NCBI GenBank assembly: GCA_044351575.1
Contig: JBILFN010000001.1
Coordinates: 1-54,305 of the forward strand
DNA from: Chitinophagaceae bacterium
GTDB taxonomy: Bacteria; Bacteroidota; Bacteroidia; Chitinophagales; Chitinophagaceae
Direction: 5' to 3'
DNA: 54,305 bases
The position numbers and the translations under genes were made by a program. Numbering within the stretch: position 1 is the stretch's first letter; each line of letters opens with the position of its first letter. Of the stretch, positions 47,937 to 54,305 are shown piece after piece. The notes under the pieces were generated by a model. It made no database searches. It saw only the letters and a program-made list of their open reading frames with translations, and had not been told where the DNA came from.

Positions 47937-49121
47937 ATGGCTGTTCGAACCGACCTCTTTCAGCATCCCGATTATTTTGCGCTAGATGAACTATTGACCG
48001 AAGAGCACAAACTAGTGCGCGAGTCTGTCCGCAATTACGTAAAGAAAGAGATCTCTCCTATTATCGAGGACTATGCCCAGCGGGCCGCGTTTCCGGAGCA
48101 GATCGTACCTCAATTGGGAGAGATGGGTTGTTTTGGGCCTACTGTTCCGGCCGAATATGGGGGTGGGGGATTAGATTATATTTCTTACGGACTTATGATG
48201 CAAGAACTGGAAAGAGGCGATAGCGGGGTACGCTCGACCGCCTCTGTACAGGGATCGCTGGTGATGTTTCCGATCTATGCGTATGGCAGTGAGGAACAAA
48301 AAAGAAAATTTTTGCCCAAACTTGCCAGTGGAGAGTGGTTGGGTTGCTTTGGACTGACCGAGCCCAATCATGGCAGCGATCCAAGCAGCATGCTTACTAA
48401 TTTTAAAGCCGATGGAGATGATGTGATACTCAATGGCGCCAAAATGTGGATCAGTAACTCGCCCTTTGCGCAAGTGGCCGTGGTGTGGGCCAAAGACGAG
48501 GCAGGCGAAGTACACGGCTTGATCGTCGAAAGAGGAATGAAAGGATTCACCACACCCACTACTCATGGCAAATGGAGTTTGAGAGCCTCTGCTACCGGCG
48601 AGTTGGTATTCGATAATGTGCGTGTGCCTCGCACTAATATTTTACCCGGTGTCAAAGGATTAAGAGGTCCGTTGAGTTGTTTGACCAAGGCCCGGTATGG
48701 GATTGCCTGGGGCGCATTGGGGGCCGCGATGGATTGCTACGATACCGCCCTTCGGTATGCCAAAGAAAGAGAGCAATTCGGAAAGCCCATCGCAGGTTTT
48801 CAGCTGCAACAAAAGAAATTAGCCGAGATGCTCACCGAGATCACCAAGGCTCAACTGATGGTATGGCGATTAGGGGTATTGATGAACGAGAAGAAAGTAA
48901 CTCCGCAACAGGTCAGCATGGCCAAGCGAAACTCTTGCGAGATTGCCACCCAGATCTGTCGTGATGCCCGCCAGATATTGGGAGGAATGGGAATTACAGG
49001 AGAGTATTCCATTATGCGACATATGATGAATCTCGAAAGTGTAATCACTTACGAAGGCACGCACGACATTCATCTGCTGATCACCGGCATGGATATTACG
49101 GGGCTCAATGCCTTTAAATAG
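47937..49121 (+). CDS. acyl-CoA dehydrogenase (glutaryl-CoA dehydrogenase-like)
   Basis: ELERGDSG.RS, GCFGLTEPNHGSDP, SLRASATG, TYEGTHDIH; TACCTTTG box at 47910-47917. Confidence 0.9.
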   Translation: MAVRTDLFQHPDYFALDELLTEEHKLVRESVRNYVKKEISPIIEDYAQRAAFPEQIVPQLGEMGCFGPTVPAEYGGGGLDYISYGLMMQELERGDSGVRSTASVQGSLVMFPIYAYGSEEQKRKFLPKLASGEWLGCFGLTEPNHGSDPSSMLTNFKADGDDVILNGAKMWISNSPFAQVAVVWAKDEAGEVHGLIVERGMKGFTTPTTHGKWSLRASATGELVFDNVRVPRTNILPGVKGLRGPLSCLTKARYGIAWGALGAAMDCYDTALRYAKEREQFGKPIAGFQLQQKKLAEMLTEITKAQLMVWRLGVLMNEKKVTPQQVSMAKRNSCEIATQICRDARQILGGMGITGEYSIMRHMMNLESVITYEGTHDIHLLITGMDITGLNAFK

Positions 49122-49126
49122 GTCGG

Positions 49127-49633
49127 ATGCGTATTTACCTGATCGGTTTTATGGGAGCCGGAAAATCGTACTGGGGTCCTCGGTTGGCACAAGAGGCAGG
49201 GCTTCGTTTTTACGATCTGGATCGCGAGATAGAGGATAGCCAGGAATCGACCATCGACCAGCTGTTCGATCAAAAAGGAGAAGAATCTTTTCGCGCCATA
49301 GAAAGAGAGATGTTGCATTTGCTTACCGAAAGTCATTCGGATTTTGTGATGTCCTGTGGGGGGGGCACCCCTTGTTTCTTGAATAATATCGAGTACATGA
49401 AGCGCTCCGGAAAGGTTGTTTGGATCAATCCGGCCATCGAGGTCTTGGCCGGGCGTTTATGGAGCGAGCGAGACCAGCGTCCATTGTTGCGATCGGTTTC
49501 GCAAAGCGAGCTGGAAGGCTTTATTCAAAAAAAGATGGCCGATCGCCGGCTTTACTACGAACAGGCAGATGTGAGGGTCGATGAGGAGACCATTGATGTA
49601 ACCTCCCTTTTAAAATCAATAGCTCATGCATAA
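49127..49633 (+). CDS. aroK: shikimate kinase
   Basis: LIGFMGAGKS, DLD, GEESFR..ERE, SCGGG, RPLL. Confidence 0.94.
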   Translation: MRIYLIGFMGAGKSYWGPRLAQEAGLRFYDLDREIEDSQESTIDQLFDQKGEESFRAIEREMLHLLTESHSDFVMSCGGGTPCFLNNIEYMKRSGKVVWINPAIEVLAGRLWSERDQRPLLRSVSQSELEGFIQKKMADRRLYYEQADVRVDEETIDVTSLLKSIAHA

Positions 49634-50021
49634 CTTTTTTGGTGCTATCGGGGCGCTGGTCATGGCGTTGGGTGTGTTGGCAGGCGCTTTTGGGGCCCAT
49701 GGATTACAAAAGCTCACCACCGATCTCTCTATTCTCGAACCTTACAAGACGGCCGTACAATATATGCTTTGGCATGGATTGGCCTTATTGGTGCTATGGT
49801 CAGCACAAGATCGATTTACGCATAAGCAGTTTATGTGGATCGGTATTTGCTTCGTGGATGGCGTCGTTCTTTTCTCCGGGTCCCTCTTTGTTATTGTGGC
49901 CGGTAAAATTTTCTCCTTCTCTATTCCCTGGTTGGTAATGCTGACCCCGATCGGCGGTCTGCATTTTGTGGCAGGGTGGTTGCTGCTGGGTTGGGGTCTT
50001 ATTGGCAAACAGAGAAACTGA
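49626..50021 (+). CDS. DUF423 family small membrane protein
   Basis: GAFGAHGL, TAVQY..WH, LFSGSL, LTPIGG. Confidence 0.88.
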   Translation: MHNFFGAIGALVMALGVLAGAFGAHGLQKLTTDLSILEPYKTAVQYMLWHGLALLVLWSAQDRFTHKQFMWIGICFVDGVVLFSGSLFVIVAGKIFSFSIPWLVMLTPIGGLHFVAGWLLLGWGLIGKQRN

Positions 50022-50022
50022 T

Positions 50023-50030
50023 TATATTTG
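50023..50030 (+). promoter_or_regulatory. -7 promoter box (TATATTTG) 5 nt before the ftsK ATG
   Basis: Exact TAnnTTTG immediately upstream of ATG 50036. Confidence 0.55.
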
Positions 50031-50035
50031 TAAGG

Positions 50036-52702
50036 ATGGCCAACAAGCTTCGCAATACCTCTGCCAAAACCGAATCTGTCCCTAAGCCTGCCGCTAAAGA
50101 TCTCCGAGACTTTACGAACGAAAAAGATGCCTCCATAGATTGGGTCGCACTTGCGCGAGACGAAAGGACCCTTAAGATCGTGGGCGTTGTTTTTTTGGTC
50201 TTGTCCATTTTTCTTTTTATTTCTTTTGCGTCGTATCTCTTTACCTGGAAACAAGACCAGGCCATTGCCCAGCAAGGATTCTCTGCGCTGCTGTACGAAG
50301 AAAAGCCAGCCCTTAATTGGTTGGGGCGATTGGGAGCTGTCGTATCTCATTTCTTCTTTTTCAAGGCATTTGGGATCGCTTCATTTTTGGTCTGCACTTT
50401 CTTTTTTGTGGTCGGAGTCAATTTGCTGTTCAGGCAAAAGGTTTTTTCCATTTGGCGAAACCTCAAGTATGTGACCATTGGCACTACGGTTTTTTCGGTA
50501 TCGATGTCTTATCTTTTTTCAAGAAATGCTTTTGCCTTCGGTGGGGGAGTCGGAAATTTATTGGCGCGCGAGCTAGAGGGAGCGCTGGGAGTATTCGGTG
50601 CAGGTGCCGCCCTGTTGCTGATCGTAACGACCTATGTGATCTGGCAGTTCAATCCCCGTTTTACCATTCCTAAAAGAAAGCCAGCGCCAGAAGAGGAAAC
50701 GATGGAGGGTATCGATACCGCACTAGCCGATGAGCCGGCAGTCAGCGAAGCAGTGGTGCCAGAAGAAATGCTAACGCTTCAAGAGGCCAACGATCGACCT
50801 GAGGAGGTAAAACCCCTTTCTTCTTCTTTTGTGCCTCCTGTTACAGGGCAAACCATCAACGATCTTTATGCGGCAGGCGCAAATGCCATTCAATATCACG
50901 AGTCGGCTGCAGGCGAGAGCGAAGTGGTACAGCCTCCTGTGTATGAAACAACTTCTTTACCAGAAGATATTCTCCCTGCAGCTATAATGGATTCGGCTCC
51001 GGAGGCTACTGAGCCCATCGATCTGCCGCTCTCCATTGCCGATGCTCCGCAATCCGACGATGTTATCGTGCCCGGGCCCGCAGAGGAGGTACCCGAAGAG
51101 GTCGCCGCCAACGAGGACGATCTTGAGCTCGAAATAAAAACAACTCCGCTGGATGCCGCCGCAGAAGAAGAGGTAGTACCCGAAAATCTCCCTCCCTACG
51201 AGCCTACGCTCGACCTTAGTAATTACAAGTACCCGTCACTTAACTTACTCGAGCAACACGGCTCCGATAAGATCGTACAAGACAATAACGATCTGGAGAA
51301 TCAAAAGAATCAGATCATCAATACGCTTCGTAATTACGCTATTGAAATTCAAAAGATCAGCGCCACCATCGGTCCTACCGTAACGCTATACGAGATCGTG
51401 CCGGCACCGGGCGTACGCATTTCGCGTATCAAGAATCTCGAAGATGATATTGCCCTGAGCCTGGCTGCACTCGGTATACGGATTATCGCTCCCATACCCG
51501 GAAAGGGTACCATTGGTATAGAAGTGCCCAATATAAAAAAGACCGTCGTTAGCATGCGAAGTTTGCTTTCGTCGGAGAAGTTTCAGCACAACAACTATAG
51601 CTTGCCCATCGGCATCGGAAAACGTATCGATAACGAGAATTACATTGTCGATCTTACCTCCATGCCTCACTTGTTGATGGCGGGAGCCACCGGGCAGGGA
51701 AAGTCGGTCGGGTTAAATGCTATTCTGGTGTCCCTGCTCTTTAAGAAGCATCCTTCGCAGCTCAAGTTCGTGCTGATCGACCCTAAGAAAGTAGAGTTGA
51801 GCATTTACCGCCACATCGAAAAGCATTTTCTGGCCAAATTACCCGGAGAAGAGGATGCGATCATCACCGATACCAAGAAGGTCATTCACACGCTCAATGC
51901 GCTTTGTATCGAGATGGACAATCGCTACGATCTGTTAAAAGAAGCCGGTGCCCGCAACATCAAGGAGTACAACGAAAAGTTCATCAAGCGAAAACTCAAT
52001 CCACAAAAGGGACACCAGTATCTGCCCTTTATCGTACTGGTCATCGATGAGTTTGCCGATCTGATCATGACGGCCGGTAAAGAAGTAGAGACACCCATTA
52101 CCCGATTGGCCCAGTTGGCTCGTGCCATTGGTATTCACCTGATCATTGCCACACAGCGTCCCTCGGTCAATATTATCACCGGTACCATCAAGGCCAACTT
52201 TCCGGCTCGTATTGCCTTTAAGGTTTCGTCGAAGATCGATTCGCGTACCATTCTCGATACCGGGGGTGCCGAGCAGCTTATCGGAAAGGGAGATATGCTT
52301 ATCTCGCATCACGGCGAGCTAACACGTTTGCAGTGCGCCTTTGTGGACACCCCCGAGGTCGAACAGATCGTGGATTTCATTAGCGAACAGCAGGGCTATC
52401 CCCAGGCCTTCTTGTTGCCGGAGTATGTAGACGAAAAAGAACTGGAAGGGCGTGAGCTCGATATGGGCGACCGCGATTCGCTCTTCGAAGATGCGGCCCG
52501 GCTGATCGTACAGCACCAAAGCGGTTCGACCTCATTGTTGCAACGCCGCATGAAGCTGGGCTACAACAGGGCCGGAAGGCTAATGGACCAGTTGGAGATC
52601 GCCGGAATCGTAGGACCGGCCCAAGGAAGCAAGCCCCGTGATGTCTTGGTCAAGACCGAGGCCGACCTACAACGCCATCTCGACCCATCCGGCCTGGGCT
52701 AA
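50036..52702 (+). CDS. ftsK: DNA translocase FtsK
   Basis: N-terminal TM domain, acidic Pro-rich linker, MPHLLMAGATGQGKS, IDEFADL, ATQRPSV, gamma domain LLQRRMKLGYNRAGRL. Confidence 0.97.
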   Translation: MANKLRNTSAKTESVPKPAAKDLRDFTNEKDASIDWVALARDERTLKIVGVVFLVLSIFLFISFASYLFTWKQDQAIAQQGFSALLYEEKPALNWLGRLGAVVSHFFFFKAFGIASFLVCTFFFVVGVNLLFRQKVFSIWRNLKYVTIGTTVFSVSMSYLFSRNAFAFGGGVGNLLARELEGALGVFGAGAALLLIVTTYVIWQFNPRFTIPKRKPAPEEETMEGIDTALADEPAVSEAVVPEEMLTLQEANDRPEEVKPLSSSFVPPVTGQTINDLYAAGANAIQYHESAAGESEVVQPPVYETTSLPEDILPAAIMDSAPEATEPIDLPLSIADAPQSDDVIVPGPAEEVPEEVAANEDDLELEIKTTPLDAAAEEEVVPENLPPYEPTLDLSNYKYPSLNLLEQHGSDKIVQDNNDLENQKNQIINTLRNYAIEIQKISATIGPTVTLYEIVPAPGVRISRIKNLEDDIALSLAALGIRIIAPIPGKGTIGIEVPNIKKTVVSMRSLLSSEKFQHNNYSLPIGIGKRIDNENYIVDLTSMPHLLMAGATGQGKSVGLNAILVSLLFKKHPSQLKFVLIDPKKVELSIYRHIEKHFLAKLPGEEDAIITDTKKVIHTLNALCIEMDNRYDLLKEAGARNIKEYNEKFIKRKLNPQKGHQYLPFIVLVIDEFADLIMTAGKEVETPITRLAQLARAIGIHLIIATQRPSVNIITGTIKANFPARIAFKVSSKIDSRTILDTGGAEQLIGKGDMLISHHGELTRLQCAFVDTPEVEQIVDFISEQQGYPQAFLLPEYVDEKELEGRELDMGDRDSLFEDAARLIVQHQSGSTSLLQRRMKLGYNRAGRLMDQLEIAGIVGPAQGSKPRDVLVKTEADLQRHLDPSGLG

Positions 52703-52813
52703 CTCTAATTTCTTGTTAACGTGCCTCTTTTTTACAAGGAGAGCCGGCGGGCTGCGTCTAATAGTGGATTTGCTCTATCTTAGCGCCACCTTTTTCTACC
52801 GTAAACAACCTGC

Positions 52814-53479
52814 ATGAAAAAAGCCCTTCTTGCTTTTCTTTTGGTCTTCTTGCAACTCAGTTTGCTTTTTGCCCAAGCCAAAACCGCCAGCCGTAACGAT
52901 CCGGAGGCAAAAAAGATTTTAGATGCCGTAAGTGCCAAATTCAAATCTTTTACCACGGTGCAAGCGGCCTTTACGTATAAGGTAGAAAATGCTGCCGGCA
53001 AGGTCTTATCGTCAAAGACCGGAACCATTACCATGAAGGGCACCAAGTATCGCCTGAATTTTAGTGGACAAGAGATCATCTGTAATGGCACCACCGTATG
53101 GAATGTAGATAAGGCAGCCAACGAAGTAACCATCAGCACGCTCGATGCCTCGAGCGGTATGATAACGCCCCAAAAACTTTTTTCTAATTTTTACGATAAG
53201 GACTTTCTCTATGTGCTGAATGGCGATAAGAAGGTTGGTGCCAAATTGGTGCAAGAGATCCAGTTGACTCCGGTCGATAAGTCTAAGAATTTTCATACTG
53301 TTTTTTTGCAAGTCGATAAGGCGGCTAAGACCATGTTCAGCACCCGCGTGCTAGAAAATGCCGGTAACCGATATTCCTATACCGTCAATAGTATGAAGAC
53401 GAATGTTCCGGCCGCCGATGCACTCTTTGCATTCGATAAGGCCAAATATCCTGGCATCAATATCGAGGATCTTAGGTAA
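52814..53479 (+). CDS. lolA: outer-membrane lipoprotein carrier LolA-like protein
   Basis: Signal peptide; KGTKYRL...ICNGTTVW, FAFDKAKYPGINIEDLR; conserved position after ftsK. Confidence 0.8.
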   Translation: MKKALLAFLLVFLQLSLLFAQAKTASRNDPEAKKILDAVSAKFKSFTTVQAAFTYKVENAAGKVLSSKTGTITMKGTKYRLNFSGQEIICNGTTVWNVDKAANEVTISTLDASSGMITPQKLFSNFYDKDFLYVLNGDKKVGAKLVQEIQLTPVDKSKNFHTVFLQVDKAAKTMFSTRVLENAGNRYSYTVNSMKTNVPAADALFAFDKAKYPGINIEDLR

Positions 53480-54293
53480 TCGCTGCGCGGATACGAACCA
53501 GCTTGGTCAGGAGAGCTTCCATCTTTTCGAGTGGCAGCATATTGGCTCCATCGCTCTTGGCTGCGGCCGGGTTGGGGTGTGTCTCTATGAACAGGCCCGA
53601 TGCGCCGGCACCTATGGCGGCACAAGAAAGGGTTTCGATCAGTTCGGGTAATCCGCCCGTAACACCGCCTGTTTGATTGGGTTGTTGCAGCGAGTGGGTC
53701 ACATCCATCACTACGGGGTAGCCCAGCTCTCTCATCCAGTACATATTTCTGAAATCAACCACCAGGTCTTGGTAGCCAAAGGTGGTGCCTCTTTCGGTAA
53801 GCAATATTTTTTCGTTGCCGGTATTTCTTATTTTTTCGGCAGCGAATTTCATGGCAGGCCCGCTAATGAATTGGCCCTTTTTTATGTTGACGATCTTTCC
53901 GGTGCGCCCTGCTGCTTCGAGCAGATCTGTCTGTCGGCATAAAAAGGCAGGAATTTGCAGCATGTCCGTGTAGGGGGCCGCCAGGGCGGCTTCTTCGGCC
54001 GTATGAATATCGGTTACGACCGAAAGATTCAACTCTGTGCGTACGCGCTGCAAGATCTCCAAGGCGGCCGTATCGCCGATTCCGGTAAAGGAACCTGCAC
54101 TAGATCGATTGGCCTTTCGATACGAGGCTTTAAAGACAAGGGGTATCTGCAACCGCGAACAGATCTCTTTTAGGGTACCGGCCGTATCAAGCACCAAGGG
54201 GGCCGACTCTACCACACAAGGCCCGGCCAGTAAAAAAAAGGAGCGCTCATTGTATGTTTGTCCGGCAAACAGGGGCTTTAGAAACGATGTCAT
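53472..54293 (-). CDS. kdsA: KDO8P synthase (3-deoxy-8-phosphooctulonate synthase)
   Basis: AGPCVVES, KASYRKANRSS, QIPAFLCRQTDL, NIKKGQF, DVTHSLQ, ETHPNP..AKSDG. Confidence 0.97.
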   Translation of the reverse strand: MTSFLKPLFAGQTYNERSFFLLAGPCVVESAPLVLDTAGTLKEICSRLQIPLVFKASYRKANRSSAGSFTGIGDTAALEILQRVRTELNLSVVTDIHTAEEAALAAPYTDMLQIPAFLCRQTDLLEAAGRTGKIVNIKKGQFISGPAMKFAAEKIRNTGNEKILLTERGTTFGYQDLVVDFRNMYWMRELGYPVVMDVTHSLQQPNQTGGVTGGLPELIETLSCAAIGAGASGLFIETHPNPAAAKSDGANMLPLEKMEALLTKLVRIRAAIT

Positions 54294-54297
54294 GTTA

Positions 54298-54305
54298 CAA
54301 AAGTA
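54298..54305 (-). promoter_or_regulatory. -7 promoter box (TACTTTTG, minus strand) 4 nt before the kdsA ATG
   Basis: Exact TAnnTTTG at the window edge; any -33 box would lie outside the window. Confidence 0.55.

Noticed and set aside
51692-51699. GGGCAGGG (KOPS-like) inside ftsK
   Set aside because: It encodes part of the Walker A motif (TGQGKS), and isolated octamers are uninformative.

Overview
Core-genome segment of a Bacteroidota bacterium, most consistent with Chitinophagaceae. This is inferred from protein style, recurring TAnnTTTG -7 promoter boxes, and A-rich ribosomal-protein start regions without Shine-Dalgarno motifs. Gene order: aroB-aroA-aroC, a VanX/DdpX-type dipeptidase, a small beta-barrel-like protein, a stand-alone fusA, the S10-spc ribosomal protein cluster (rpsJ to secY), map, a flavoprotein, rpsA flanked by two acyltransferases, two atypical photolyases, proline dehydrogenase, thyA-folA, a three-gene transhydrogenase, fmt, a NamZ-like hydrolase, pepT, exbBD, prmC, mrp, pyrF, aroK, ftsK-lolA and kdsA. 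I saw no transposase, integrase, rRNA, tRNA or CRISPR array. The least explained features are non-coding. (1) Between fusA and rpsJ, a 36-bp tandem triplication is fused to a ~200-nt rod-like nested inverted repeat. (2) A 300-nt, densely base-paired spacer lies between rpsJ and rplC (candidate ribosomal-protein leader). (3) Several genes have the -7 box only 4-5 nt before the start codon (probable leaderless mRNAs). Among proteins, a domain-inverted (NewPHL-like) photolyase sits next to a (6-4)-type photolyase lacking the Fe-S cysteines. All structure and family calls were made by eye, without folding software or database searches.
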